The translations under genes and the position numbers were made by a program. From Callorhinchus milii (taxonomy: Eukaryota): 64,000 bases of DNA. Under the pieces are notes generated by a model that was given only the letters and a program-made list of their open reading frames with translations, ran no database searches and was not told where the DNA came from. The stretch spans positions 76,448,001-76,512,000 of the forward strand of contig NW_024704743.1 of NCBI RefSeq assembly GCF_018977255.1, written 5' to 3'. Position 1 is the stretch's first letter. Every line of letters begins with the position of its first letter. Below, piece by piece: positions 25,441 to 39,278 of this stretch.

Positions 25441-26296
25441 TAGAATGTGTAATTCAACAACAACAAAATTACATTTGGATAGTATGCAATAAAAAAAGAT
25501 AAGAGTACAGTGACAGTACCATTAGAAATGGTTCCTTAAAATGTCCTTGACCAGTGCAATGGATACTCAAAATATTTCAAGCAACCACTTTGTAATGATT
25601 AATTCCAGTTGTGTGACCTGAATAAACTTAAGCTAACATTTTTATTAAACACAGCATGAGATGTTGCAGCATGAGTGGACCTCTCCTCAGTCCCAGCTAA
25701 TACAATTAGGAACAGGAAGTATAGATCGGGTATCTCTCCTCCATTAGTCTATGGTTGTAGCAACAGCACTTCACTCCTAGCAGTATACACAGGATGTGCA
25801 TTTTAATTTTACAAAAATTCTCTTCCTAGCACGCCTGCTGCTATATGCTCTAATTTGCTATTTCTACATTAGAATATTTTGCAGCAGATGTAAAGATTCA
25901 CAATCTACAAATCAACTTAAGAATTTCATAACTATAGAGAAACGATATTTTGAGGGACATTAAAAGCTCTAAGGGTTGCATAGTGCTCAGAGTGTGACAC
26001 TCCACCCCAGCAAAAACTAACTGGTACAATTAGATAGAAAAATACAAGGGTGTACATTGCTTGACAAAGGAGTCGTAGATAATTCAGCATTTCCCTTTCT
26101 GCTATGGCTCAAATTCACATCATGTGATCTGAAGTCACTCAAACTTTCACTCACCCTCATTTACATAGCAGCATAGTAGCACTTACAGGGAGGGCTGGGG
26201 GAAGGAAGAGAGGGAGAAAAGGAGACCCTGAATTAAAGATTGCTAAAGTGCTACCAGCCTAACCCAATTCTCTGAACTATACAGCTATGACAAAAT

Positions 26297-26990
26297 GACA
26301 TTTGTATAGCGCCTTTCACGTCGGGAGGACACCCCAAGGCGCTGGACAATCCATGTTTTGGATCTGAGCTGGGGTTGGGTTTGGGGAGGGTGGAGGGAAA
26401 AGGAGGGTGATCGAAGGCATAGTCGAAGAGGAGGGTCTTGAGATGGGTCTTGAAGGAGGCAAGGGAGGGGGGGCGGGAGGCCTGCATGTTGGAGTTCCAG
26501 AGGGTGGGGGCAGAGTGGCTGAAGGCTCACTTGCCAATGGTGGGGCGGGTGATGTGAAGCAGGCTGGAGCCTGCTAAGCAGAGGGAGCGCAGAGGTAGGG
26601 GGGAGCAAGGCCATGGAGGGCTTTGAAGGTGAGGACCAGAATCTTGAACTGTACCCTCTGTGTGATGGGAAGCCAGTGGAGTCGGGCGAGGATGGGGGAG
26701 ATAGGGTCGCAGAGCCTGGTGCGGGAGAGGACATGGCTGCAGAGTTCTGTGTGATCTGCAGTCTACGGAGGGAGGAGTTGGGGAGTCCGACAAGCAACGA
26801 GTTTGCATTGCCAAGCCTGGATGTTATGAATGCGTGTATGAGGGTTTCGGCGGTCTTTGGTGTGAGACAGTGGCGGAGCTGGGCAATGTTGCGAATGTGG
26901 GGTAAGCCAGAGCATAGATGTGGGGTAGGAAGTATAGTTGAGGGTCAAACAAGACGCCAAGGCTCTGGACTGGCATAATAAGGTGGAGTG
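26297..26990 (-). mobile_element. L2 LINE 3' fragment
   Basis: LVGLPNSSLRRLQITQNSAA and FKTHLKTLLF; shared L2 3' tail. Confidence 0.85.
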
Positions 26991-28334
26991 TACATCCTGG
27001 GATGGTGACGAGTGTGAAAGCTCTGGTTTATGTACCTGAGAAAGAATTATATCTAAAGTTGGTTTAGTATTTAAGTAGAAAATAAAGTAGTGCTTCATCA
27101 GCCAATTTGATACAATATATAATTACATAGTCTCCAGTACTGAAACAGGCCATCAGGCCCAACTAGTTCAAGTCATTGGAATGTGCTATTGGATTTGTGT
27201 AGAATCCAAGAACAAAGCACATAAACATGTCCATGCTTTTAGCTCAGCAAATAATTCCCCAATGATGGAATGAAAGCTCTCAATGCCTTAGACTCCCCCT
27301 ACTGATTGCTTGAAAAAACATACACAGAATCAAATCAAGCCCTCGAGGTTGAATAAAACTCCTCAGGAAAGTGATTGCTTTGCTGGTGTCTTGATGCTGG
27401 AAAAAAAAGGTGTTTTGCAATACAAGCTACTTTTTTTTTGGAGGGAAACCTATATATGTCTTGCCAGCTTGTGAGACCTCAGCACTGTCCAAATACAGGC
27501 AGTGACTTGGAACTTAATGTACTTTCGGTATCATAAATACATTTCAATTAAACCCAGATCATCTGGCTTCTTCAGAAAAAAACATTAAAATATTAGGCAC
27601 AACATGTTGTAAAGGTCATCTAAATATGCTCAACTTTCCTTTGATGTTCTTTGTGTAGGATGTTAAATCCACACTGTACGTTTAAATTAGAAGTTTCATA
27701 CCACTGTTAACTTTAGTCTTCTTCTTGCAAGCACATGAGGAGATCTTCATGTATGTGAGAATATGTGCTCAAATACAGACTCTGGGATAAGAAGTATTTT
27801 AAGTACATTTGGGCAAATTTGCTCTTGCTTAAGATTATTTCTATGATGGTTGGTTGTAAAAAAAATTAAGATACTTTTTCTAAACAATTGAAGAGCGTTA
27901 AATTTGTCTCTGTAATCTTTAACAGTTTCCAGCAGTGGATGTCAGTTGCAGGATCAAGCTACCCCAGTGATGAACATTTATGGATATGTATCTAAAGAAC
28001 TTAGAAAGTCCTATGTGGTGTAAGCCTGCAAGATTATTTTGTCTTAAAATCGCTCAAAACTGTGGAAAATTCCTAAAATTCAGTCTAAATTTGTAAGCTG
28101 GTTTTCTACAGTTCCTAAAAATAACTGGATTTCAAATTAAGAATGAATAAGAGAATATTGTGCAATTCTAACCTCCTGGGAGGGGAGGGAGGGAAAAAAA
28201 GTGGAGCTGCTGAACTGGATCCAGGGTGACATGTTTGGCAACAGAATGTCGGAATTGAACTCACCCTCTGTGGCAATCTCCTGAACCAGGTGGGTCTGCA
28301 GTACTACAGATCCCTGCTGGTGTTTTGCAATATA

Positions 28335-28945
28335 CAACAACAACAACTTGGGATTTACATAGCGCCCTCCACGCTGGACGGCGTCTCAGAGTGCTTCACG
28401 GTAACGGATCCTGGAGACAAGCCAGAGGGAGGGGGAAGAAGGTGACCAAAGGCGCGGTCGAAAAGAAAGGTCTTCAGCCGAGACCTGAAAATAGGAAGAG
28501 GGGGGTGAGGCGAAGGGAGTGAGAAAGGGAGTTCCAGAGCCTCGGAGCGTAGTGGCTGAAGACACGGCTGCCGATGGTGGAGCGGAGGATTCAGGGGACA
28601 AGGAGGAGGCCAGACCCGGTGGAGCGAAGGCAACGGGCACTGTTGTGAGGAGAGAGGTCAGAGAAGTAGGGAGGTGCAGAGGAGTGGAGGGATTTGAAGA
28701 CAAGGATAAGGATCTTGAAATCGATCCTCTCCGGGACAGGCAGCCAGTACAGACTGGCAAGGACTGGGGTAATCAGGGAGCGGAGTTTGGTGCGGGTAAG
28801 AATGCAGGCGGCAGAGTTTTGGATGACCTGGATTTTATGGATGGTAGTGGATGGGTGGCCGGTGAGGAGGGCATTTGAATAGTCCAGCTGAGAGGTGACA
28901 AAGGCATGGAACAGGGTTTCAGCGGCTTTTGGAGTGAGGTATTGA
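28335..28945 (-). mobile_element. L2 LINE 3' fragment
   Basis: AETLFHAFVTSQLDYSNALL...LYWLPVPERIDFKIL; (CAA)n tail on the + strand. Confidence 0.88.
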
Positions 28946-30689
28946 TAGCACAGCCAGCCTAGCTCATCAGCAGGACTTGGAAAGGCAAACAAGGCACTGG
29001 GACAGGAACTCTTCCTAACTCAGCTCCTGTTAACCCTGCAAGCCAAAATTCCGAATGCAGCAGTGGCCAAAGTTATTTTTTGTGATTGAATCTTACTTGA
29101 TTTATGCTCCAAATCAAAAAATATTCAATTAAGATAAAACTAAAATCACACTACCTATCAAACAGCCTGCGGGCCACAGCATAGTCTCCACTGCCCTCAT
29201 GGGTAGGATGGTTCTAGCTGGATAAGCAGCGAGAAAGCTTGTCAGATAGTGCTTTTAATGACAAATGGTCTTAGCTGGTTAGACTCCAGCAGTACCCCAA
29301 TGCACACACTGAGGTCCCCCAGCCTGCACTTAATACTCTCCAGAATTAGGTAGGCATGGTGTGTTCCTTCAGGAAGAGAGGGTACATTCTATTCTAATAC
29401 ATGGAAATGTCCAGATGTAGGTGGGATGCAAGGAACTCTGTTTAATTTGGATACTCAAGCATGGTGACGGGTTTCCGTATGTGTCAAGATACCTGGCTGA
29501 CTAAAATATAGTCTTTAATTCTTAAATTTAAAGACAAACATTGTCTTGCAGGCTAAGACGAGGTAGAATTTAAGGCCTCAAGAGAGTTTTAGCTGAATTT
29601 TTTAAAAAATAAAGTTCAATCTGAGTTAGGGTGGTATAACCTACCAGTATTTTTTAAAAAAATGAATCCAGCATCCTGGCCTCAGCCATATTTCCTGCCA
29701 ACCTGTTCCAGGCATTAATCATGGTCTGGGCAAAAAATACTTGGTGACTATCCTGCAACTCAAATCTCATCTTGTCTTACTGTCCTGGTGCATTTGAAAG
29801 TATTGTTCTGAGTTTACTTTCTTGGTCCCATTTAAAATCTCTTTACCTCTAAAAGTTTCCCTCTGAGAAGACTATTTCAAGACTGAAGAGCCCTATTTTG
29901 TCTAATCGTTGCTCATAACTCATTCCTCTTGGCTTATTTATTGCTGCATCACACTGTTTTGACATGGCGATCACTAACACCCTAGATCTCCTTCAGGTTC
30001 CCTTTTAGTAAGTTCAACTCACTGAACCTGTGTGCAAGCTCCGCATCTAGTTTGATCTCCAGCTATCCTTCCTATTTTGCATTTGGTTCCTGACTGGGTT
30101 GCTTTCCCCATACATTGTCCGCCTCTTCCAAGCCTTTGTCACCTCCCGCCTTCATTTTTCAAACACACTACCCACTGGTTCCCCCCACCAGTTTAACCAT
30201 CCACAAGGTCCAATCAAATAAAACTCCACTGCCCACATCCTCTCCCGCACCAAACTCCCCAATCCTAGCCAGATTCAACTGACTCCCAGTCTCTGAAAAG
30301 ATCGACTTCAAGATCCTTTGTCATCCCCTTTAATTTCATCACTTCCCCAACTTGGGTATCAAATGCAAATATAATTATCTTACACTGGGTCTATGAATCC
30401 AGGTCATTGATATATACATTAACTTGCATTTATATAGTGACCCCACAGCACTGGGCAACCACAGACTCGGACAATGAGGGAAGTTTTGAGGTGGCATTTA
30501 TAGAGAAGGATGAGGCAGAGGTATAGAGGTAGAGATGCAGAATCAAACAAGAGATCAGAGTTCACGAGAGCCATCCTGAGACATCAGGATTTACTTTTAG
30601 CAATTTGACTTTTGGAATCTTGTAATTTGACTCAAACATGGAGTCAAAACATTGGGTTTGGCTCCCTCTTGTGGTCTACCATATTTTGT

Positions 30690-31090
30690 AAAAGAGACTG
30701 GAAACCAGCAAATGTGGTTCCTATATTCAAGAAAGGTGACAAAATCATACCTGGCATCTACAGACCCATTAACCTGACCTCACTGATTGGAATAAATTCA
30801 ATTTATTCAAAGCAAAATGGAAAAAAACCTATATGAAAGTAACCTGATATGACAGACAGGCTTCAGAAGAGGTAGATCTTGTCAAACGAATTTTAGTCTT
30901 TTTTTTGAGGCGGTGGAATCCCAGTTTGACCATGGAAAGGCATTTGATGTACCTAGACTTTCAAAAGGCATTTGACAAGGTGCCACATGAGAAACTCTTT
31001 TACAAACTGATGTCTTTGGGTAGCAAGACATTGATGTAAATTAGTAACAGGCTAAAGGAAAGAAGCAGAAAATAAACATTAGGGAATTAT
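30690..31090 (+). mobile_element. CR1 RT fragment
   Basis: DWKPANVVPIFKKGD...YRPINLTS; DFQKAFDKVPH motif. Confidence 0.8.
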
Positions 31091-31099
31091 AACAAAGCA

Positions 31100-31412
31100 A
31101 CAACAACTTGGATTTATATAGCGCTCTCCATGCCGGACGGAGTCTCAGAGCACTTCACAGTAACGGATTCCGAGACCGAGCTAGGGGGAGGGGGAGGAAA
31201 GTGACCAAAGGCGCAGTTGAAAAGAAAGACCTTCAGCCGAGACCTGAAAATAGGAAGTGAGGGAAGCGAGGGGAAGGGAGTGAGGAAGGGAGTTCCAGAG
31301 CCTCGGGACATAATGGGTGAAGGCACGGCCGTCGAGGGTGGAGCGGAGGACTCGGGGGACAAGGAGGAGGCCAGACCCGGTGGAATGAAGGCAACGGGCA
31401 CTGTTGGGAGGA
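31100..31412 (-). mobile_element. L2 3' end fragment
   Basis: Highly similar to the copies at 28335 and 9671. Confidence 0.8.
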
Positions 31413-31797
31413 AAGATGGAGATCTATGAAATGGGTGCTTCAGAATCCGTGGCTGTAGAATTATTTCAGTGGAAGGAAAAAGGTGTCAAACAGAGTGTAA
31501 AAAATTGGCAAGAGAACAATGAAACTAGCAGAGTAGCGCAGCAAATTGGTGCTCTTACACAGAGCTGAATACTTGTTAAAAAAAACAAACGAACATGCAT
31601 TTATGTAGTGCCCTTCATGTACGGTAGTGTCTTGGATTACACAATAGCGGAGCTTGATGCTGAACCGGTGAGAAACGGGAGGGGACTGAATGCTTGAATG
31701 AAATGGATGGATTCACATTAACAATTTTCACGCAGCAACTTCCCAGAGGTAGTGAGCAAAAGTCATCCCTTCTAACACAACAGATGTAGTCATCTTA

Positions 31798-32142
31798 ATA
31801 ATAATAATCCTTGCATTTGATATAACACCTTATCACGTCTTTGAGACGTCACAAAGCACTAACTGTAAATTGAATTGACTGTGTACTTTGTGGGCGAAAC
31901 ACGGCAGCTAATTGCGTACAGCAGTGTCCCATAAACAGTCATGAATTGACTTGGCTTAATTATTATTGTAATTTAATATTTTTAAAATAGGGGTTATTAC
32001 CCCCAGAAAAGTGATCTGCCAACAACTGGGTTCCTACTTACTGCTAGGTAATCAGGCGTGTGGAGTAAAGAATCTTGGTTAACAAACCCAGGTCCTCTCG
32101 CTTGTGAGGTGAGTGTTCTAACCACTAAGCTACAGGACTCCA
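31798..32142 (-). mobile_element. tRNA-derived SINE, long subfamily
   Basis: Same head, central block and tail as the 34025 copy. Confidence 0.8.
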
Positions 32143-32263
32143 CTTCAAAGCCTAATATAAGTGGCGAATTAGACCTAACCCTAACCCTAACCCCAAATGG
32201 TTATCACAGGGCAGTTGATGCTGCGCTACATCTCAATCTGATGACACAGCCATCACTGCTTAC

Positions 32264-32347
32264 CTCATCATCATCTTGCAGATGCTCCATGGCAAACTCA
32301 TACATCTGGCGCTGAAACGTAGTCTGGTTGAAATATCGCAAGGCCTC
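32264..32347 (-). CDS. CRTAP: CRTAP exon 6
   Basis: ttgtag acceptor; EALRYFNQTTFQRQMYEFAMEHLQDDDE; gtaagc donor; 84 nt. Confidence 0.92.
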
Positions 32348-33647
32348 CTACAAGGCAACAGTAAAAAAGCAAAACAATTACCACAACATTTTGAGCCCTG
32401 GGGCACGGTCTTTCAGGAGTAAAGAATCATAGAAATTAAGTCATAGAAAGCATTCGATCAATCAAGCTTTCTCAGCAGTATATTTTGATCACTTAGGTGT
32501 CTGACACACGTGCAAACACAATTACGATGCTTAAAAGTATTCAGACAAGAGTTTCACACATTCTAAATTGGCTGCAAAATGCAGTCACACCACTTCACAA
32601 TGTATTCTGTGAAGTGCTTTGAATATTTTCTCAATGCTCTATAATAAATGCAATAAATAATTATTCTATATACACTTGATTTTTTTTTAGTTCATCGAAG
32701 GAGCCAACTACTATTGTGGATTTTGGTTTATAAACCCATGCAAAAATGAACATAGGGCAGCAAAATAGTGGGGGGGAAATCCTGTTTGGGTATGATCAAA
32801 GTTTGTTCACATGAGGCTAATAGGCACATAGTTAAGTTACTACAACTATTATGGTTAGAGTAAGAAATGGAGATAAAGTCAGAGAAAGAGAAAAACTCAC
32901 AGAAAAACCGAGAGAACAGCAGAGTGAGAAAAAGAGAGATTGAGAATGTATCAGAGAGATAGAGAGAACACATATCAGCGAGAGAAAAGGGTCACAACAT
33001 GCTGCTTTAGGGACAATAAAACTCTTAATGGAAGGAAGTTTTAGTTACCACTGTAGCCAGTGAATTGTGGAGAAATCAACTGTGGGTAAAAAAAATCTTA
33101 TGTAACACTCATTTTGTGATTTTGATATTCAACACACATAGTCACATATGATGTGTGATAACTAAGTGAGGATCCAGAATGTTCACTCTCTAACATGGCA
33201 CAGATGCCAGCACTATTATTAGTTAGAACACACCTTGAGCAGAAATCCTCCTTTTTAGATAAAATGTTAGAAATCTCATTCTCTAAATGTGCTACAATAA
33301 TTTTGTGAATTAGTTTGAACAGATGAAAGAAACGTAGAGGTAGGAGATGAATCTTTGCTCATCATGTCAAGTTCAGACAGCATTAAACAAGGACAGAACA
33401 GAATGCTATTTTTAAAAAAAAGATTTTTTTAACATATATATATATATATGTGTAAGAATGATGATTAATATTATTATGTCTGCTTACAACTTAAATTAGT
33501 GTCATTAATGAAATAGGTACAAAAGTACACATTAGATCTGTAATAGATTCTCATTTGTATACTTTTTATATAACGTTGACTCTTCTCTTTCTCGCCAGTC
33601 CCCCCATTTTTTTTTACTGTCACACGTCACTATAGTTAGTTACTCAC

Positions 33648-33793
33648 TGGTCTGGGCTGAAAATCTTCATCAGTGAGGCTCCAGTTCTCCTTGTGAAATT
33701 GATAATACACCATATTTTGCTTCATCACTTCATCATCTGGATCAAATAGCAAGTAGGTTGCTACACATGGAACAGCATTCTTCATATCACTTA
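33648..33793 (-). CDS. CRTAP: CRTAP exon 5
   Basis: ctttcag acceptor; [48 protein letters not shown]; gtgagt donor; 146 nt. Confidence 0.93.
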
Positions 33794-34024
33794 CTGAAAG
33801 ACAGAGCACAGGTAAGCAGTTTAAGAAGGGTTGTACACTTCTGGGCTTATATTGCAACACATCAATCTATTGTTTCCTTAACATTATTAATATACAGCCT
33901 GTATTACAGGGTGCAACTCTACCAATAGAAAGCCTACATCGCTTTGAATATGTGAGAGAAATCACGGCAGTGTAAAGAGTAATCCACTGACTTCAAATAC
34001 ATTTGCTGAAACTTAGTGGAATCT

Positions 34025-34383
34025 TGTAACTCAGTGCTCACTTCGCAAGTGAGACCTGGGTTTGAATCCCGGCAGGCCGAAATGTTGCGCAAGTTTCCTT
34101 ACTCCACACTCCTCTGTTTACCTAGCAGTAAGTAGGAACCCGGTTGTTAGTCAATTTGCCGATCGCTTTTTTTGAGGGTAATAATTCCTTCAAACCAAAA
34201 TAATAAAGTAATAACTTGGTCACTCAATCTATGGCTGTTTGTGGGATACTGCTAAGTGCAATTGGCTGCCGGGTTTTGCCCACAATATATAGTCAATTCA
34301 CTTTACAGTATATTCTGTGAAAGTGCTTTGAGATGACTCGAAGACGTGATAAGGCACTATATCAAATGCAAGGATTATTATTA
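34025..34383 (+). mobile_element. tRNA-derived SINE, long subfamily with extra central block
   Basis: Contains CTCTGTTTACCTAGCAGTAAGTAGGAACC, which is absent from the 36510 and 44036 copies. Confidence 0.85.
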
Positions 34384-35535
34384 GTTTCAATTTGCACACA
34401 GCAATGGCCCACAAACAACAATGAAGTGAATGATCAATTTAATAATACGTCAGAACAGGTTACTTCAACAATTCAAGCAGGTGCTTTAGATCATAAGCCA
34501 GAAACCATTGCTCAGCTGTGCAGACTATTTGGGCGCACTTGAGGACATTGTGGAATCTGGCAGAATTCCTGCAGGTTGCCGCGACGCTCTATTACCAGCA
34601 GGATTCAATATTTACCATTCTATGTCCTAATCTCACATTTTAAGCATAGTTTCTCAACTTCAAGGAGGGATCTTTCAGATATAAGAAAGCAGAATGGTCA
34701 TTAAAGTACCCATAGCAATATTTGAAATGATAAGTGAGTTTCTCCCAATGTCTTGCCAAAAGTCCCCAGTTAAATCAGTCATTCAGCTTCTGGCTCTTTG
34801 TGGGACCTTGCTGGACTCAAACTGGATGCTGCATTTGCCTACATACACAATCAGTATTATGAAATGATTTGAAACATTTTGATATGATGAGGTACTATAC
34901 CAAATGCAAAGATTCTTAATGTATTAGTTATCAAGGATTGGTTGGTAAATCCTGTTAAAAGTTCGTTATTTGAAAAGCCACTGCAGAGCAGTTCTAGTTT
35001 TTAAGAAACATGTGAATTGGGTGCATGCCTCAATCTAAATTCCTCAAAGCCTCTCGAATTTGAACAGGACTACTAAAAGGCATGAATATTAACAATGGAA
35101 TGGGGTGTTAACTTGAACTGTGAGCACAGAATCACAGAACAGATTTTGAATTTCCCTCAAGAGCACTGAATTTTCTTCTGTACATTTGCAGATTTTCCTG
35201 GCTTTACATATCTGGTTTATCGGGCATCACTTTACAATTCTCTTGTTAGTCAGGATTTTTCCTTCTTTGTAGGGTATATTTGCATAACATTTTCACTCAA
35301 GTAAACCTTTTTGCTCAGATTTTTCAGTTTTCCTGCCGTTATCCTGGCTTCACTTAAATAGAAAAACAACCGACAAACACCGGGTTGCTAATATAGAAAT
35401 ATGGATATATGGATATAACATGCTTCCAAGTTCTAGTTTTTCATAAGAAAGGATCTTCTTCACATGGCTATTCAGCCAGCAACTCCTCTCCACAGTGCTT
35501 CCTCTTCATTGAGCCCAATTTACTGGAGTACTTAC

Positions 35536-35664
35536 ACTTGTAATAAGTAAACTGCAAATAGTGGTACATTGTGGCTACAAACTTCTCCACAAAAAATCCT
35601 CCGACAACAGGAGTCAGTTCGTGTTCACACTTCACTTTGCACTTCAGAACCTCAGTGTAATGGT
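35536..35664 (-). CDS. CRTAP: CRTAP exon 4
   Basis: tttcag acceptor; [42 protein letters not shown]; gtaagt donor; 129 nt. Confidence 0.93.
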
Positions 35665-36509
35665 CTGAAAATGAAAGAGATAATTATTCTTAAGAAAACA
35701 GGTATTTATGAAACTGAAGTCACACAACCCAAATTCACTAAGTTTAGTCTATATTCAAATTGGGTTCAGCTATCTTTGGTCAGTGTTAAACATTGAAAAA
35801 TGCAAAAGAATCTAAAAATCTGCAGACATTCTTTTAAGCTCCCTATAGAAATGTTGATACTGCAAAGTACATTTCTTGTAATAATAATCCTTGCATTTGA
35901 TACAGTTCCTTATCACGTCTTTGAGACATCTCACAGAATATACTGTAAAGTGAATTGACTGTGTATTTTGTGGCAAATATTCCCTAGGAATGATGTTTTT
36001 GTGCTCATTGAGATGAGCGATGTCAACATTGCAATAAGGAACACGTGGTTCCTAAGAAAACTGACTTCAAAACTGAATTTATAAGTTTGCCAAATTCTAG
36101 ACATTCTAAAATGCTAAGTAAATAGAATACATCTGCATAGTTAATTTATGTGCCTAGATGAACTGGGAACTTGGTTCCCTTGGTAAGTTAGAACATTGGA
36201 GACTCTATTCGTTGTTGTACCTTCCAACTAATGCTCACTTCAGAGTGTGGCACAAAATTATATGGAATCAACAGCCCAAAAGCAGGCCACTCATCCTAAC
36301 TAGTCTGTGACATTTATACTCCACATTGGCCTCCATCCCTTCTAATTTCCCATCCCTAGCTCCCCTGATACTCTTCTATTCCCTTCTTACTCATGTATGT
36401 TCTCCATTTGCTGCATCTCAACCACATGTGCTCAGCTCATGTCCTGCATGTGTACGTTGACCAAATTTATAAGAAAGATTTTGCATTCTACAGTGCTTAC
36501 AGCGTTAAA

Positions 36510-36833
36510 GTGGAGTCCTGTAGCTCAGTGGTTAGAGCACTCGCTTTGCAAGCGAGAGACCGGAGTTCAATTCCAGGCAGAGGGCGAAACCTTGGGCAAG
36601 TTTCCTTACTCCACACGCCTAATAATAATCCCTCCAAAACCAAAAACAATAATAAAATTGGCATTTTCAATCTACGACTGTTTGTGGGACATTGCTGTGC
36701 GCAATTGGCTGCCGCGTTCGCCCACAAATTTACAGTCAATTCACTTTACAGTGTGTTCTGTGAAGCGCTTTGGGACGTCCTTCCGACGTGAAAAGCGCTA
36801 TATCAAATGCAAGGATTATTATTATTATTATTA
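36510..36833 (+). mobile_element. Young tRNA-derived SINE, full length
   Basis: tRNA-like head with A box (TAGCTCAGTGG) and B box (GTTCAATTCC), Deu-like 3' body, L2-like tail, (ATT)n. Confidence 0.88.
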
Positions 36834-37165
36834 TCTCTGGAAAATACTAGAATTTCTGGATGCTATATCAGTGCAGTTCTCCGAAGAGTAATTTGAGTAT
36901 AGTAAGCAGTGAATTCGAGTGACACTCTACTGACAATAGTTTTCCAATCTCAATACCTCTCCCCCACGTAATGATTCCTAATACCTTTTGTAGGAAATGC
37001 ATTTTAAAAAAGTGCCCCATATAGTTTTGTTTTTCATACATAATAAATTGTTTAAAATTGCAATTTAAAAATGATCCCTACTTTAAAGCTATGTATATCA
37101 ATGATTCTTTGTAAAAAGTCATTTTGACTAATCCAAAACTCAGACGTGAAGTGAGGTACACAAAC

Positions 37166-37337
37166 CTGCTATAGAAGGGTAGAAATCTTTAAACTCTTTG
37201 ATCTCTCGAGCACCCTCACAGGCAGCAATGCACTCATCATACGCTTTGAAGTAGTCAGGTATTGCCAGCTCCATGTCTGTGACAGAAGTACGGTAGTTCT
37301 CACCATTATATGCTTTTACTGCTCTGACAAACAGGTT
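37166..37337 (-). CDS. CRTAP: CRTAP exon 3
   Basis: ttttag acceptor; [25 protein letters not shown]...KDFYPSIA; G|gtttgt donor; 172 nt. Confidence 0.92.
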
Positions 37338-37439
37338 CTAAAAGATAGCAAAAGTCTGGTTATACAATGCTCAATGAGAGGAATTGCAGAGTATTACAAT
37401 AGATTTCTAAAATAATTTTTAAAAATTTGCAGTTTGACA

Positions 37440-37940
37440 AGTACTCTGCAACCCATGTCCTCTCACGCACGAGGCTTCGCGACCCTATCACCCCCATCCT
37501 CGCCCAACTCCACTGGCTTCCCATCACACAGAAGATACAGTTCAAGATCTTGGTCCTCACCTTCAAAGCCCTCCACCAACTTGCTCCCACCTACCTCTGT
37601 GACCTCCTAATTCCCGATCATCCTGCTCGCTCACTCCACTCAGCGGGCTCCGGTCTGCTTCACGTCCCCCACCTTGATCGCCCCACTATTGGCGGGCGGG
37701 CCTTCTGCCATTCTGCCCCCAGCCTATGGAACTCCACCCCGCAGTCCCTCCGCCTCGCCCCCTTCAAGACCCATCTCAAGACCCTTCTCTTCGACCATGC
37801 TTTCGATCTCCCCCCTACCTCCCCTGCCCTCCATTCTCCCCGACCCCCAGCTCGGGTCCATGACTCTGTCTGTCCAGCTCCTTGGGACGTCCTCCCGACG
37901 TGAAAGGCGTTTTACAAATTTAATTTTGTTGTTGTTGTAA
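37440..37940 (+). mobile_element. L2 3' fragment
   Basis: ITPILAQLHWLPITQKIQFKIL...GGRAF...LWNS; (GTT)n tail. Confidence 0.88.
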
Positions 37941-38258
37941 GTCTGCAATTCACAAACCTTTGCAAGTAATTTTGTGTCCCAATAACTCAATCATAATATA
38001 ACATTAGAAACAATCTAACAGCATAACGTTTGAAGTTATTTTTAGTTCCCGAGTAGATATCAGGACTGCAAAAATTTGGAATGCACTCTTCCCTCAAACT
38101 GTTTCCCATTTATCAATGATCAATTGCACAAAAAGATCTGCTGTAAACCTTCTGCTCCTGCACCTACACTTATGAAGACAAGTGGTATATTTTGCACAGA
38201 CAAATCATAGTATTTCCTAAAGTAGTAAATTTGTGAATCTCCATGTATAATCACTTGC

Positions 38259-38408
38259 CTCGTAGTTTTTTATCTCCAGGTCCTTCATGAAATCATCCGC
38301 CTCTGGCAGACTCTTGTAATAAGCCATATTCCGCAGCATCATTTCATCATTGGGGTGTTTTTGAAGAAAGGTGTGTGCTGCCGATATAGCCTTTGGGATG
38401 TTGTTTGA
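38259..38408 (-). CDS. CRTAP: CRTAP exon 2 (ends at a GC donor)
   Basis: tttttag acceptor; [50 protein letters not shown]; 150 nt; GAG|gcaagt donor. Confidence 0.92.
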
Positions 38409-38987
38409 CTAAAAATGCAGGATCATATACATTCTTAGGAATAAGTAAACAAACAGAAGAGCATAAAACATCACAGAACAAACAATTATGCAATGTTTAT
38501 TTGGATTAATATAAAGGCATATTTAAAGAAACAAAACTTGGAAGTCATCAGAAGAATCACCGAGTCAGAATTCAAACACCTCAATATATCTCCATGATCA
38601 GCACTCAGTGTCCGCTGTACTGATTTACTGTAATATACTTAGAATCATAGAATGCTACAGCAAAGAAATAGGTCAATCCATACATCAAGTCTGTACTGGT
38701 GTTTCTCTTCACATCAACACCTAAACTATTCACATTCTCCTGCTCGCTCCACATATTCTTTAATATCCCTCTTTTTCAAGCATTTTTCTAATTCTCTTTT
38801 TAAATAATTTATGGAGTCTGCTTGAACTATGGTTTATAGTAGAGAAGTCCAAACTCAAACCACTCTCTATATAATGTTTTCCACTATCCTTTCCTTTTTT
38901 TGGGCTTAAATTTGTGCCATCTCATTGCAGACTTGCCGATCTACATTGTTCTTCAGCATCCGTTTAAAGTTCCTTTGCAGAAGTAAT

Positions 38988-39278
38988 ATAATAATCCTTG
39001 CATTTGATATAGTGCTTTTCACGTCTTTTAGATGTCTCAAAGAATATGCTGTAAAATGCATTGACCATATATTTGTGGGTGAATCGCGACAGCCAATTAC
39101 GCACAGCAGTGTCGCACAAACAGTCGTGGATTGAAAATGACCAATTTATTATTGTTTTGTTTTGGAGGGATTATTATTCGGCGTGTGGAGCAAGGAAACT
39201 TGCCCAAAGTTTCGCCCTGCCTGGAATTGAACTCAGGTGTCTCACAGGCGAGTGCTCTAACCACTGAGCTACAGGAGT
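38988..39278 (-). mobile_element. tRNA-derived SINE
   Basis: Same family as the 36510 copy. Confidence 0.85.

Noticed and set aside
26251..28992. Clusters of overlapping 70-170 aa ORFs as novel genes
   Set aside because: All are frames of L2 LINE fragments
32174..32194. Interstitial telomeric repeat (CCCTAA) x3
   Set aside because: Too short to distinguish from a chance microsatellite
36510..36585. tRNA-Ala(TGC)-like gene
   Set aside because: It is the head of a multicopy SINE, runs straight into the SINE body and lacks a proper acceptor stem
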